A stretch of DNA of 60,984 nt from a bacterium (lineage in GTDB: Bacteria; Zhuqueibacterota; QNDG01; DTFT01), in assembly GCA_030372965.1 (NCBI GenBank), contig JAUCQC010000275.1:1-60984 (forward strand), written 5' to 3'. A program made the position numbers and the translations under genes. This document shows, in pieces, positions 8,746 to 19,053 of this stretch (its first letter is position 1; each line of letters opens with the position of its first letter). Below the pieces are notes generated by a model. It was given only the letters and a program-made list of their open reading frames with translations. It did no database searches and was not told where the DNA came from.

Positions 8746-11700
8746 TCAAACCTTTCTCCGGGCGGGTTTTCTGGATTCCTGCGACGCCTCGGCCGAGGGA
8801 AAAGTGACCGTGAAGGTCGCGCCCTTCGCCCGGCGGACCTGAAGCCTGCCATCGAGCTGTTCCGTCAGGATCCGGATCAGCTCCATGCCGAACCCCTCGG
8901 ATCCCGGTCCGTTCTTTCCGCGGGGCAGACCCACACCGTCATCCGAAACGGCCATCCGCCAGAAACGCCGCCGGTAGGAGCGAAAATCCACTCGGAGCGT
9001 CCCCTCCCGGTCGGCCGGAAAGGCGTGCTTGAGCGCGTTCGTCACCAGCTCGCTCAGGATGAGGCCGACGGGGATCGCGGTCTCGATGTCCAGCTGAATC
9101 GGCCGCATGCAGATTTTAACGCCGACGCGGCTCCCCATGTCATAATGAATCATCATCTCGCGGATCATGGTCCTCGCGTATTCGCTGAAATCGACGGAGG
9201 TCAGCGACTTGGACCGGTACAGCTTCTCGTGCACCAGGCCGATCGAGTGAACCCGGTTGCGGCACGACTGGAAAACCGCCTGGATTTCCGGGTCCGCGAT
9301 CGACTTCGACTGAAGCGCCAGCATGCTGCTGATCACCTGCAGGTTGTTCTTCACCCGGTGGTGGATTTCCTTGAGCAGGATCTCCTTCTCCCGGAGGTCG
9401 GCCTGTATCCGTTCCTCGGCGAGCTTGCGTTCCGTGACGTCCTGAATCGTCCCGAAGAACTGCACCGGGTTTCCAACCGCGTCGATTTCGACATGGCCGA
9501 TGACCTGCACCCACAGGATCTTCCGGCTCTTCGGCCTCCGGACACGGCAGAGCGTGTCGAATGAACGGAGCTCCCGCATGCCGGCCGGCGTCAGGCTGTC
9601 CCGGAACCGGGCACGGTCTTCCGGATGCACCAGGCCGAGCCAGCCTTCCAGGGTATGGGGATACCGGGCGTCGATTCCCAGGACCTCCTCCAGGGTTCTG
9701 GACACGGTGACGCTGTCCGTCCCGATGTCCCAGATGAAGTGTCCCATGCGCGCCGTCTTCTGCGACGCCTGCAGTAGGGCCTCGCTCTGCATGAGCTCGT
9801 TCTCCATCCGCTTCCGGTCCGTGATGTCCCGCGCCGAGGACAGCGCGCCGGTCACCCTGCCGTCCGCGTCCTTGAGCGACCGGCACCACCAGGCCAGCAG
9901 GCGCTTTTCGCCGTCCTTCCGTTTCTGCCACGATTCCACATAGACGGTCTCCTCCCGGCCTTCGAAGACCGCGCGCACACTCCGGTAAACGTCCTGCTCC
10001 CCGACAAAATATTCCGATGCTTCCTTCCCGACCACATCCTCTCCGAAAAACTCCAGGCCCGCCCGGTTGGCCCAGGTATAGATCTTGCGATTGTCAACTT
10101 CCATGACAATGTCCGGAATCGCGGCGAGAAGGGCTTCGTTGCGCATGTGGGCGAGCCGGAGTTCGGTCTCGGCGCGTTTCCGTTCGGTGATGACCTCGGT
10201 GTAGACGATCAGCCCGCCGATGGATCCGTCGGCCTCGTACCAGGGGCGGCATTCCCATCGGGTCCAGTCCACGGACCCGTCCTCCCGGACATAGGGATCG
10301 TCCTCTGCGCTCTCCACCGCGCCCTGCAATACCCGCTGATGGACGTCGCGCCATTTCTGCGGCAGATCGGGGAACACATCGTAGTGATGCTTCCCGATCA
10401 CATCCTGTTCCTTGACCTTGTAGTCGTCGAGGTAACGCTGGCTGACGTAGATGTATTTCATCTCCCGGTTGTGGACCGCCACCGCGCTTCGGTTGTGCTC
10501 GATGATGTACCGCATCAGGTCGTGCGAGTGGGCCAGCGCCTTTTCCGCCTCCTTGCGCTCGGTGATGTCGCGGAAATTGACCACCAGGGCGGACACGGCC
10601 GGTTCGCCGATCAGGTTGTTGGCCACGCCCTCGATCCAGCGCCAGGTTCCGTCCGCGTGCCGCACCCGGACCGGCGGCACCGGCACCCGGCCGCCGTCGC
10701 GGAGAATGCCGGCCAGTAGTTCCGAGACCCGGGGCCTGTCCTCCGGATGGATCAGATCGAACGTGCTCTTTCCGGCCCGCTCGTCCGCGCGGTACCCCAT
10801 GACCCGCTCGTACGACGGGCTGTGGTACAGGACGATGCCCGCAGAATCGATCAGGGCGATGGCGTCCGAACTGTTTTCGATCAGCGCGCGGAACCGTCGC
10901 TCGCTGCTCTGCAGGGCCTGCTCGGCCCTGACGCGTCCCGTGATCTCGTGAGCGATGAGCCCCAGGCCGTCCCCCGCCTTGAAGGCCTTCACGATGAAAT
11001 ACATGTCTCCGAAGACCGGGTGGGCGACGAAATCCTCGGTTTCGAACGGTTCGCCCGTGCGGATCACCTCCAGGTGCCGCGTGTAACGCCATGACTCCCT
11101 GTGTTCGGGCAGCAGGTCGGCGAGGTTTTTCCCGATGATCTGCTCCCGTTTCAGGTTCAGGATCTCCAGGCCGCGCCGGTTGACGTCGACGAAATTGAGG
11201 TCCGCGTCCAGAAGGTAGATGCTTTCGGCGGCCGAATCCATGAAACCCGACAGGCGGGTCTGTGCCTGTTTCAAGGCCTCTTCGGTCCGCACCCGGACGG
11301 TGATGTCCTCCGCGACCCCGTCGTAGAACAGGGGCCGGCCGTCCTCCCCGCGGATCAGCCGCGCCGATTCGCGCACGTGCATTTCGGTTCCGTCCTTGCG
11401 TTTCCAGACGGATTCCAGTCCCTCGACCGTGCCGTCACGCTCCATCCGGTCCTGAAACTCGCGGCGGCTGTACGCCGGCTCGAAATCCGGATCCTTCAGG
11501 TTCCGGCCGGCCAGCTCCTGGAAGCCCGAGTACCCGAGCATCCGGACCAGGGCCGGATTGGCGAGAAGGATGCGGCCGTCCGGCGTGGTGCGGTAAATGC
11601 CGATTGTCGCGTTCTCGTAAAGGCTGCGAAAGCGCTCCTCGCTCGCCTTCAGGGCCTGTTCCGTCCGCTTCCAGCCCGAGATATCCCGCATGCTTCCCTG

Positions 11701-12426
11701 AAAACCCGTGATGCGTCCGGTTTCGTCGCGTATCACCGAGGCGTTCACCAGCACGTCGATGGTCGTGCCGTCCTTTCTGCGGCCGCGGATTTCGTGATTT
11801 TCGATATACCCCCGTGACATCAGCTTTTCGAGCAGAACCTTCCTGTCCTCGGGCCGGTGGTACAGGTCGGCCATGCGGAGGCGCTTCAACTCTTCCGCCG
11901 AGTATCCCGATAGCGCGGTGGCCGCCGGGTTGATCTCCAGAATCCGGCCCTCCGGATCGGAGATAAACAGAAAGTCACGCGAATTCTCGAAGAGACGACG
12001 GAACCGCTCATCCCCTCCGGCCCACGGCGAAACCTCGGTTTCTGGCCGGGAGATTTCAACCGCGGACACCAGCAGATTCGAACGCGGCCCGTCCACGCGG
12101 GAGAGCCGTATTTCGACACGGCCGTCACGTCCGTCTTCACGCGGAAAACGAGCCTCCATGTCCGAATCTTCGGATCCGCCGGACCGGACCCGGTCCGCGG
12201 CTTCTCTGAAACGCGGGATGTCCTCAGGGGATAAAAATTCCGTCAGGGGCCGGCCGGACAATTGATCTGCGGCGAGTCCGGTTATTTTCAGGAAGGCGGC
12301 GTTGAACCGGACAAGGCCGAGATCAGGGCCGAGAACAGCCAGCCCGAATCGCGCTTTTTCGAAAATCCGGAGCAGATCGTCGCTGTTTGCCGCATGGCTG
12401 CTGTTATCGAATGCAACGGGTGCCAT
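8746..12426 (-). CDS. Cytoplasmic multi-PAS sensor histidine kinase (HisKA_2 type)
   Basis: About eight PAS/PAC repeats ending in 'DIT.RK..E', then 'LLKEIHHRVKNNLQVISSML', 'ELVTNALKHAF', 'VSDDGVG', 'GFGM'. No TM segment and no receiver domain. Confidence 0.92.
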   Translation of the reverse strand: MAPVAFDNSSHAANSDDLLRIFEKARFGLAVLGPDLGLVRFNAAFLKITGLAADQLSGRPLTEFLSPEDIPRFREAADRVRSGGSEDSDMEARFPREDGRDGRVEIRLSRVDGPRSNLLVSAVEISRPETEVSPWAGGDERFRRLFENSRDFLFISDPEGRILEINPAATALSGYSAEELKRLRMADLYHRPEDRKVLLEKLMSRGYIENHEIRGRRKDGTTIDVLVNASVIRDETGRITGFQGSMRDISGWKRTEQALKASEERFRSLYENATIGIYRTTPDGRILLANPALVRMLGYSGFQELAGRNLKDPDFEPAYSRREFQDRMERDGTVEGLESVWKRKDGTEMHVRESARLIRGEDGRPLFYDGVAEDITVRVRTEEALKQAQTRLSGFMDSAAESIYLLDADLNFVDVNRRGLEILNLKREQIIGKNLADLLPEHRESWRYTRHLEVIRTGEPFETEDFVAHPVFGDMYFIVKAFKAGDGLGLIAHEITGRVRAEQALQSSERRFRALIENSSDAIALIDSAGIVLYHSPSYERVMGYRADERAGKSTFDLIHPEDRPRVSELLAGILRDGGRVPVPPVRVRHADGTWRWIEGVANNLIGEPAVSALVVNFRDITERKEAEKALAHSHDLMRYIIEHNRSAVAVHNREMKYIYVSQRYLDDYKVKEQDVIGKHHYDVFPDLPQKWRDVHQRVLQGAVESAEDDPYVREDGSVDWTRWECRPWYEADGSIGGLIVYTEVITERKRAETELRLAHMRNEALLAAIPDIVMEVDNRKIYTWANRAGLEFFGEDVVGKEASEYFVGEQDVYRSVRAVFEGREETVYVESWQKRKDGEKRLLAWWCRSLKDADGRVTGALSSARDITDRKRMENELMQSEALLQASQKTARMGHFIWDIGTDSVTVSRTLEEVLGIDARYPHTLEGWLGLVHPEDRARFRDSLTPAGMRELRSFDTLCRVRRPKSRKILWVQVIGHVEIDAVGNPVQFFGTIQDVTERKLAEERIQADLREKEILLKEIHHRVKNNLQVISSMLALQSKSIADPEIQAVFQSCRNRVHSIGLVHEKLYRSKSLTSVDFSEYARTMIREMMIHYDMGSRVGVKICMRPIQLDIETAIPVGLILSELVTNALKHAFPADREGTLRVDFRSYRRRFWRMAVSDDGVGLPRGKNGPGSEGFGMELIRILTEQLDGRLQVRRAKGATFTVTFPSAEASQESRKPARRKV

Positions 12427-12981
12427 CCCTGCTCTCCAGACGGTTTCAACTATCGAATGTAACTCCGAATCGGAAATTTTTCAACAGGAAACCGGCGGCG
12501 CCGGAGGCAGAATAAAGAGAAGTATTCGGTATCTCATCTCATCCTCCCTTCCCTCCGTACGTGGTCAGACTCCTGACGGAGAACACGATTGAACTTCTTC
12601 CTAAAAGGATGCTCTCTATGCCGGCCAGGGATCGGAACTGACGCGAAAATCCATGCTCCGATTCCGTCAAAAGGCTTGGACTGAACAAGAAAAGGCTGTA
12701 TGGCAACCTGCTTCAATTTACGTGTTAAACGGATATTTATCAACGGAAAAGTGCTGGAGGATCGACGCGCATCGCTCCAGATAGGCAGCATGTCCCGTCC
12801 TGTCCGATACAACCAGTCCCGGTTTGCAGGCGCCGCCTTGACATTTTTTTACGAAATCATCACAATTTTGCTTGTTTTTCCGATTGGACGCCCTAAATTT
12901 GAAGGTTAAACGTTTCGAGGCCGGCGCTTGCCCCATTTCCTCTCCCTCCTCCGGCCGGGGCTGACCGAAAAGGCGGAATCC

Positions 12982-14571
12982 ATGTTCCATTTGAGTATGG
13001 TCAACGACCTGCTCTATCCGCGGGCCGTGTTGATGGGCATCCTTTTTCTCGGGCTCTGCTGCCTGATCGGCCTGGCCTGGAGCGCTTTCCGGAATGCGCC
13101 CCGCTTCCGGAGGGTTTTTCCGATTCTCGCGGGGTTCTCCGCCGCGGCCTGTTTTTCGCTGTTTTTATTCGCTTTTCCACCGGACCACGACGAGATCGAG
13201 CACATCAGCGCCGCCTGGCATGTCTCGCAGGGACTTCTTCCCTACAATGATTTCTTTCAGCATCACAGCCCCATGCTGTACATCCTCTACGCGCCGCTTT
13301 TCCGGATCCCGGCAGTGGCCTCCCATCCCGCGGAAAGCGCCAGGCTCCTCTCCGGCCTCATCAGCCTCGGCATTCTCGGCCTCCTCATCCGCATGGCGAA
13401 AACAGTCTGGAAGGACAACCTCGCGGCGTGGCCGGTCACGGTCCTCTTCCTGGGCAATTTCCTGAATCTCCAGCTTTTCAACATGAGGCCCGACCTGCCG
13501 GCCGTTCTGTGCAATCTGGCGGGACTCTGGATTCTGCTGCGCCGCGGGACAGTTCCGGATTTCGGCCTGGCCGGACTGCTCCTGGGCCTGGGGCTCTCAT
13601 TCTCGCCGAAATACGCGCCCTTCCTCCTGCTGGCACCCGCATGGATGATCCTAGACCGGCAGGGTTGGAAGCCGGCCCTCCGGCGGATAGCGGCGCACGC
13701 GGCGGGGATCGCGGCCGGACTGGCGCCGCTGTTCCTCTGGCTGTCCGCGAACGGGCTTCTCGGCTTGTTCCGGCTCTGGGTTTTCGGCTTCAACGCGCAC
13801 CGGATCACAACGGGCGCCTCCGTGTTCGGCGGAAGCGTTCAGGCGATCCCCGCGTTTTTCTGCGCGTGGGGCTGCCTGCGCCTGCTCCGATCCGTCCGCG
13901 AACCGGACCGGGCGGCTGGCCGCCTGCTGGCCGTGTTCGCCGCGCTGTCCGCGCTCGTTTACCTGAAACCGGCCCGGACGCATTACGAATACTATCAGCA
14001 GATGTTCGTGCTGACCGCTCTCGTCGCGGCCGCGGGCCCGCTCGCGTCGCTGACGCGGAAATGGTCCCGGGACCGGCGCGCCGTCCTGCCGGCCCTTCTC
14101 GCGGGCGTCATCCTGTGGGGCGGCGTGCACACCGCGCAGCGCTACGTCCGCCTCGGGCTCTACGGGGAGGTGGCCGGAAGCATCCGGACGCTGAAGACGC
14201 TCGCGGGCGACGACCCGGTGATCTGCACGACGCCCGAACATCCGGTCACGAACCGGAACGCCTCGTACATCAGCACCGGGTGGCAGTACGTGTTCTGCCT
14301 GGGGGATCCGCTGATCCGGGGCCGGCTCGCGGGCATCGGCGCGGACATCCGGAACCGCAAACCGTCCGTGATCATCAACCGCTTTCTCGTCTGGCCGGAG
14401 GGGGGGGACTTCACGGAGCGCCTCAGGCGGCGGGGCGTGCTGCCGGACGACGAGGCCGCGGACCTGAGGCGGTATCTGGAATCGCGTTACACCCTCGTCC
14501 CGGTCCGGCAGATCGAATACTGGGTGCGGAACGACCGCGTGCGGGCCGCCGCGCGGAACGAAAGGCGCTGA
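12982..14571 (+). CDS. Polytopic membrane glycosyltransferase (GT-C; ArnT/PMT-like)
   Basis: Many TM helices with an acidic 'DHDEIEH' motif in the first loop, 'PYNDFFQHHSP', 'MRPD'. Start placed at MFHLSM (uncertain). Confidence 0.65.
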   Translation: MFHLSMVNDLLYPRAVLMGILFLGLCCLIGLAWSAFRNAPRFRRVFPILAGFSAAACFSLFLFAFPPDHDEIEHISAAWHVSQGLLPYNDFFQHHSPMLYILYAPLFRIPAVASHPAESARLLSGLISLGILGLLIRMAKTVWKDNLAAWPVTVLFLGNFLNLQLFNMRPDLPAVLCNLAGLWILLRRGTVPDFGLAGLLLGLGLSFSPKYAPFLLLAPAWMILDRQGWKPALRRIAAHAAGIAAGLAPLFLWLSANGLLGLFRLWVFGFNAHRITTGASVFGGSVQAIPAFFCAWGCLRLLRSVREPDRAAGRLLAVFAALSALVYLKPARTHYEYYQQMFVLTALVAAAGPLASLTRKWSRDRRAVLPALLAGVILWGGVHTAQRYVRLGLYGEVAGSIRTLKTLAGDDPVICTTPEHPVTNRNASYISTGWQYVFCLGDPLIRGRLAGIGADIRNRKPSVIINRFLVWPEGGDFTERLRRRGVLPDDEAADLRRYLESRYTLVPVRQIEYWVRNDRVRAAARNERR

Positions 14572-15888
14572 ATGGTCCGGTTCGATTTATCCGATTTCTT
14601 TTCCCTGCACCGGCTCCTGTACTGGCGGGGCATCCTCTGGAGAAGCCAGTACTGGCCCATCGAGAGACAGCAAAATCTGAAGTGGAAACTGCTGTCAGGG
14701 CTTCTGGACCACTGTTATTCCAGGGTCCCCTATTACCGGGAGACATGGCGGCTATTGGGCCTGAACCGGGCCGATCTGCGGTCCATGGAGGATCTCCGCC
14801 GCCTGCCCGTGCTGTCCAAGGACGTTGTGATCGACCGGATGGAATCGCTCCGGGCGGACAATTTCCAACAGGTCCGGGCCAAGCCCATCCGAACCGCCGG
14901 AACCACGGGAACTCCCATGCAGGTGTACTGGGACCTGGACAGCAACATTCTGGAACTGACGTGCAACTGGCGCCATTATTCCTGGTTCGGGTACAGGCTC
15001 GGAACCCCGTTTCTGGACATCCGGAATTTCCGGCGGCATCTCGAGGACAAATGGGCGTGGAACTGGAAATGCCGCGGCCTCGAAACGTCCAGCTTGTTCT
15101 GGGACGAGTCCAACATCGGGGAATGCCGCGACATGCTGAAACGGCGTCGGATCCGCATGTGGCGGGGCCACCCCACCGCGATCGGCCATCTGTGCCGGCT
15201 TTTCCGGAAAGCGGGCATCGACGACGTCAGGCCCGACATCGTCGTGTCCGTCGCCGAAACCCTTCCGAAACACGAGAGGTCCGTCATCGAGGACTGGACG
15301 GGCCGGCCCGTGGGGGACAGCTACGGGCTGATCGAACACACCGCGTTGATCTGCCAGTGCCCGGCGGGCGGGTATCACATCGCGCCGGAGTACGGCGTCG
15401 TGGAAATACTGAAGGGGGACGGGACACCGGCCGGGCCCGGGGAGGAGGGGAGAATCGTGGCCACGGGCCTGCACAACCGCGCGTTTCCGCTGCTCCGGTA
15501 CGACACCGGCGACTTCGCGGTGGCCTCCGGTGAAACCTGCGCCTGCGGCCGGACGCTTCCGCTTGTGAAGACGCTGCGGGGACGCGTCGTGGACCGCATA
15601 CTCGACGCCAAAGGCAACTGGGTGTCGGGCGTGCACGGACTGTTCAAATACTACGACGGTATCCGGGCGTCGCAGGTGGTGCAGTTCGAAGCCGGCGGCC
15701 TCGACGTGTACCTCGTACCGGCCCGGAATTACGACGACGGCCTGCGGACCCTCGTTGCGTCGGACATCCGCCGGGAACTGGGAGAGGACATGACGATCCG
15801 CGCGCATGTCGTGGACGAAGTGCCTTTCCCTTCGACCAACAAGTTCAGATTCGTCGTCAACCGGATCGGAAAGTCCGCCGCGGAATGA
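14572..15888 (+). CDS. Phenylacetate-CoA ligase-family (CapK-like) adenylate-forming protein
   Basis: 'HCYSRVPYYR', 'LPVLSKD', 'TAGTTGTP', 'YGLIE', 'GRIVATGLHNRAFPLLRYDTGD', 'GRVVD'. Confidence 0.85.
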   Translation: MVRFDLSDFFSLHRLLYWRGILWRSQYWPIERQQNLKWKLLSGLLDHCYSRVPYYRETWRLLGLNRADLRSMEDLRRLPVLSKDVVIDRMESLRADNFQQVRAKPIRTAGTTGTPMQVYWDLDSNILELTCNWRHYSWFGYRLGTPFLDIRNFRRHLEDKWAWNWKCRGLETSSLFWDESNIGECRDMLKRRRIRMWRGHPTAIGHLCRLFRKAGIDDVRPDIVVSVAETLPKHERSVIEDWTGRPVGDSYGLIEHTALICQCPAGGYHIAPEYGVVEILKGDGTPAGPGEEGRIVATGLHNRAFPLLRYDTGDFAVASGETCACGRTLPLVKTLRGRVVDRILDAKGNWVSGVHGLFKYYDGIRASQVVQFEAGGLDVYLVPARNYDDGLRTLVASDIRRELGEDMTIRAHVVDEVPFPSTNKFRFVVNRIGKSAAE

Positions 15889-16874
15889 GACGACCCGCCG
15901 TTCGAATCGCCCTTCGCATACTCGTCACGGCCGTCACGCTGGCCTGGTTCATCCGGGGTCTGCGCTTGGAGTCGCTTCCGGACCGCCTGGCGTCCGTCCG
16001 CTGGGGCATGGTGGTTCCGGCTTTTATGTTGAACGCCCTGTGGGTGGCGCCCTCCGCTTTGCGCTGGCGGGGCATTGCCGCCCTGGCGGGCTTTCGCCTG
16101 CGGTTCAGGGACGCGGTCCGTTTTTTTCTCGTCGGATCCTTCTTCAACGCCTTCCTGCCCACTGGCCACGGCGGGGACGTGGTCCGGGGGGTTCTGGCGT
16201 CGCGGAAAACCGGCCATCCCGCGGGCGGCATGCTGGGAACCATTCTGGCCGAGCGGCTGATCGGCATGGCGGTAGCCGCGTCCTTTGTCGCGTTCGGGGG
16301 CCTGGCGTTCTGGGCGGACTCCCGGGTGCCTGCGAACGTGTCCTTGTCCGCAGCGGTCCTTCTGGCCGGAATGACCGCGGCGGCCGCGCTTCTGGTGTCC
16401 CGCAGGTTCCGGTCCGCGCTCAAGTCCGGCCTGCGGATCGTGCCCTCGGCCGCTTTTCACGACGGCGCCCGCCAGGCCGGCCGGGTTCTCGACGCCTGCC
16501 GCAGGCATCCCGGAGCCCTGGCCGGGGCCGTTGGCTGGAGCGCCGCGAACCAGCTCGTGCCGATTTTCAGCGGCTGGATGCTGACCTTCGCGATCCCCGG
16601 CCTGGAGGCGCCCTTTCGCGCCTTCACGGTCGTGATTCCATTGAGCTTCGTTTCCGTTCTGCTGCCGTCAATCGGAGGGTACGGCGTTCGGGAGGCGGGA
16701 TTCATCCTTTTCCTCGGATGGTTCGGCGTCGCGGCGGGTCCGGCCGCTATGTTCGGTGTGGTCCGGCTCCTGTTCCTCTGGGCGTTCGCGCTCGCCGGCG
16801 CGTGTGTGTATATTTCAGGGTGGCATGCGAGAGAACGGGCTTCGGTCCGTTCCGCGATTCGAAGGAGAACATGA
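15885..16874 (+). CDS. LPG-synthase-TM / flippase-like membrane protein (UPF0104)
   Basis: 'ALRW', 'GSFFNAFLPT..GGDVVR', 'ERLIG', 'LPSIGGYGVREAG'. ATGA overlap with the upstream gene. Confidence 0.8.
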   Translation: MRRPAVRIALRILVTAVTLAWFIRGLRLESLPDRLASVRWGMVVPAFMLNALWVAPSALRWRGIAALAGFRLRFRDAVRFFLVGSFFNAFLPTGHGGDVVRGVLASRKTGHPAGGMLGTILAERLIGMAVAASFVAFGGLAFWADSRVPANVSLSAAVLLAGMTAAAALLVSRRFRSALKSGLRIVPSAAFHDGARQAGRVLDACRRHPGALAGAVGWSAANQLVPIFSGWMLTFAIPGLEAPFRAFTVVIPLSFVSVLLPSIGGYGVREAGFILFLGWFGVAAGPAAMFGVVRLLFLWAFALAGACVYISGWHARERASVRSAIRRRT

Positions 16875-18232
16875 AACACAGAAAACATGCAGGCCGGCCC
16901 CCCGGCCGCATCACGATACTCGGAGGCGGGGCGGCTGGACTGGCCGCGGGGTATTATGCCGCGTCCGCCGGGCTGGATTTCACGGTTTTAGAGGCGGAAG
17001 AAAGCGCCGGGGGCATGTGCCGCACCCGCTCCTGCGGCGACTTCCGCTTCGACCTGGGCGCGCATCGGTTCCACGACCAGGACAGCCGGCTGACGCAGGA
17101 GATGAAGGATCTTCTCGGCGAAAGACTGCCGGTCATCGAAATCGGAAGTCAGATTTATTCCGAAGGCCGGCTGATCGACTTTCCCCTGTCCCCCTTCAAC
17201 CTGATCCGGAACATCGGCCCGCTTGGCGCGATGAACGCCGGGCTCCACCTGATCTCCGCCCGGCTCGGGGGCCGCGGGCGGGACGCGGATAATTTCGAGC
17301 GGTTCGCCGTGCACAAGTACGGCCGGCCCATCGCGAAACGGTTCCTGCTGAACTATTCCGAAAAGCTGTGGGGTCTCCCCTGCGGCCGGCTGTCCCTGGA
17401 CGTGTCCGGAAAGCGGCTCAAGGGGCTGTCGCTCACCACCTTTTTGCTCGAGGCTTTCACCTCCGGACGGATCAAGACACGCCACCTGGACGGCGCCTTT
17501 TACTATCCGGAGGGGGGATTCGGCGGCATCATCGATGGATTGACCGGATTCATCGGGCCCGGCCGCATCCGGACGGACAGCCGTGTCACCCGAGTCCTGC
17601 ATCGCGAAGGCCGCGTCACCGCCGTGGAATTGAACGGACGCGAAACCGTGGAAACGGACCGCGTGATCAGCACCCTTCCCCTTCCGCTCTTCATCTCCAT
17701 GATGGACCCCGCCTGCCCCCCGCAAATCGCGTCTCTGGCCGCGAGCCTCTCGTACCGGAGCCTGATTCTGGTCATGCTGATGATCGACCGCGAATCGGTC
17801 ACGCGGTCCGGAACCGTCTATTTTCCCGATCCCGAATTCCCGTTCAACCGGGTGTCCGAACCCAGGAACCGGAGCGGCCGCATGTCTCCGGCCGGGAAAA
17901 CCTCGCTTCTGGCCGAAATCCCCTGCGGCGGCAAGGGCGCGGCCTGCCCGGACGACGAGGCCGGCGCGGTCCGGTCCGTGGTCGACAGCCTGGCGCGGAT
18001 CGGATGGATCCGGGAGGCCGACGTCATCGGAAAACGGGTCGAGCGGCTGGAGCACGCCTACCCGATTCTCGAGACCGGACACGCGGTCAAAGTCGGCCGC
18101 ATTCTGAAATACCTGGAATCATTCCGCAACCTGAGGCTCATCGGCCGAAACAGCCTGTTCAAATACACACATTTTCACAACATGATGCGCCAGGGGCAGG
18201 CGGTCATCGAGGAAGGGTTCAAGGCTCGATAA
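16871..18232 (+). CDS. FAD-dependent oxidoreductase (protoporphyrinogen oxidase / UDP-galactopyranose mutase-like)
   Basis: 'ILGGGAAGLAAG', 'VLEAEESAGGMCRT', 'FDLGAHRFH', 'FYYPEGGFG', 'GRNSLFKY'. The real start is ATG 16871 (GGAG RBS, ATGA overlap), not 15806. Confidence 0.8.
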   Translation: MKHRKHAGRPPGRITILGGGAAGLAAGYYAASAGLDFTVLEAEESAGGMCRTRSCGDFRFDLGAHRFHDQDSRLTQEMKDLLGERLPVIEIGSQIYSEGRLIDFPLSPFNLIRNIGPLGAMNAGLHLISARLGGRGRDADNFERFAVHKYGRPIAKRFLLNYSEKLWGLPCGRLSLDVSGKRLKGLSLTTFLLEAFTSGRIKTRHLDGAFYYPEGGFGGIIDGLTGFIGPGRIRTDSRVTRVLHREGRVTAVELNGRETVETDRVISTLPLPLFISMMDPACPPQIASLAASLSYRSLILVMLMIDRESVTRSGTVYFPDPEFPFNRVSEPRNRSGRMSPAGKTSLLAEIPCGGKGAACPDDEAGAVRSVVDSLARIGWIREADVIGKRVERLEHAYPILETGHAVKVGRILKYLESFRNLRLIGRNSLFKYTHFHNMMRQGQAVIEEGFKAR

Positions 18233-18357
18233 ACACGAGATGCAGCGCGCCTCGCAGTCGGGTCAAGCGTTCGATCTGATCTTTCCGTGACGGGGAATAC
18301 CGCGCATCGTCGATTCCCCTCGTTTTTCAGAAGTCCATTTTCATGCTTTCCGGTGCG

Positions 18358-18392
18358 AAAAAAGGGAGCCCTCTTTCGGAAGGCTCCCTTTT
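18358..18392. terminator. Bidirectional intrinsic terminator
   Basis: AAAAGGGAGCC-11 nt-GGCTCCCTTTT between convergent genes. Confidence 0.7.
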
Positions 18393-18444
18393 CCCGGTTC
18401 CGGCGAAACGCCGCCGGGCCGCCCGACCCGTTCCGGGCGTCCCG

Positions 18445-19053
18445 TTACGGAACCGCCGCCCGCCACTGCTCCAGCCCGTTGAGCACCATCTGCGCCCCGA
18501 TCGTCATGACGATGAGACCCGTGATCCGGATGAGGGCGCTGAGCAGGTCCAGCTTCTTCAGCAAGGCCGCAATCGGCACGGAGAAACGCATGAACACCGC
18601 ATTCACCAGTATCGCAAGGAGCACGGCGACCGAGGGGCCCCAGAACCCTTCCCGGCCGACCAGGGCGATGGACGAGGCGATAGTCGCGGGACCCGCGATC
18701 ATCGGACAGGCCAGCGGCACGATAGCGAGGTCGGCCGCGGATTCCGGAGTGTCCTCCTCGAAAAACACGCCTTTCCGCAAGGCGTCGAAACCCGCCCAGA
18801 ACAGGACCACACCGCCCGCGATCAGCAGGGCCTGCAATTCCACCCGGAAGATCCGGTTCAGAATGAAATCCCCGAACAGCATCAGGCCCAGGAGGATGCC
18901 CGCGGCCGTGAAGCTCGCCTTGCGGATGATGGCGGGCAGTTGAACCGGATGATCCGACGCCTGCAGTCCGGACAAAACCGCGATCTTGCTCATGGGATTG
19001 ATGAAGGCCAGGAGATACAGGGCGTCGATGAATACGGATCGGATGATTTCCAT
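18445..19053 (-). CDS. MarC-family integral membrane protein
   Basis: 'INPMSKIA', 'IAGGVVLF', 'AIVPLACPMIAGPATIAS', 'ITGLIVMTIGAQMVLNGL'. Start MEIIRS. Confidence 0.88.
   Translation of the reverse strand: MEIIRSVFIDALYLLAFINPMSKIAVLSGLQASDHPVQLPAIIRKASFTAAGILLGLMLFGDFILNRIFRVELQALLIAGGVVLFWAGFDALRKGVFFEEDTPESAADLAIVPLACPMIAGPATIASSIALVGREGFWGPSVAVLLAILVNAVFMRFSVPIAALLKKLDLLSALIRITGLIVMTIGAQMVLNGLEQWRAAVP

Noticed and set aside
7335-8807. Long antisense/alternate-frame ORFs (e.g. 7335..8807, 13428..15533, 59116..60546, 8260..9564, 25822..26655)
   Set aside because: They overlap well-supported genes, have no motifs, and are expected shadows of stop-poor high-GC coding DNA.
8744-8900. Glycine riboswitch upstream of the AGCS transporter
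   Set aside because: There is no leader; the kinase coding sequence ends 1 nt before the start codon and no aptamer motif was seen.
12427-12981. Small ORFs or an ncRNA in the lower-GC gap between the kinase and the glycosyltransferase
   Set aside because: The candidate ORFs lack RBS and motifs and no stable conserved-looking structure was seen. Best explained as a divergent promoter region.
15806-16870. 808-aa ORF suggesting an N-terminal fusion to the FAD oxidoreductase
   Set aside because: The extension is an Arg/Gly-rich off-frame reading of the flippase gene. A GGAG RBS and ATGA overlap support 16871 as the start.
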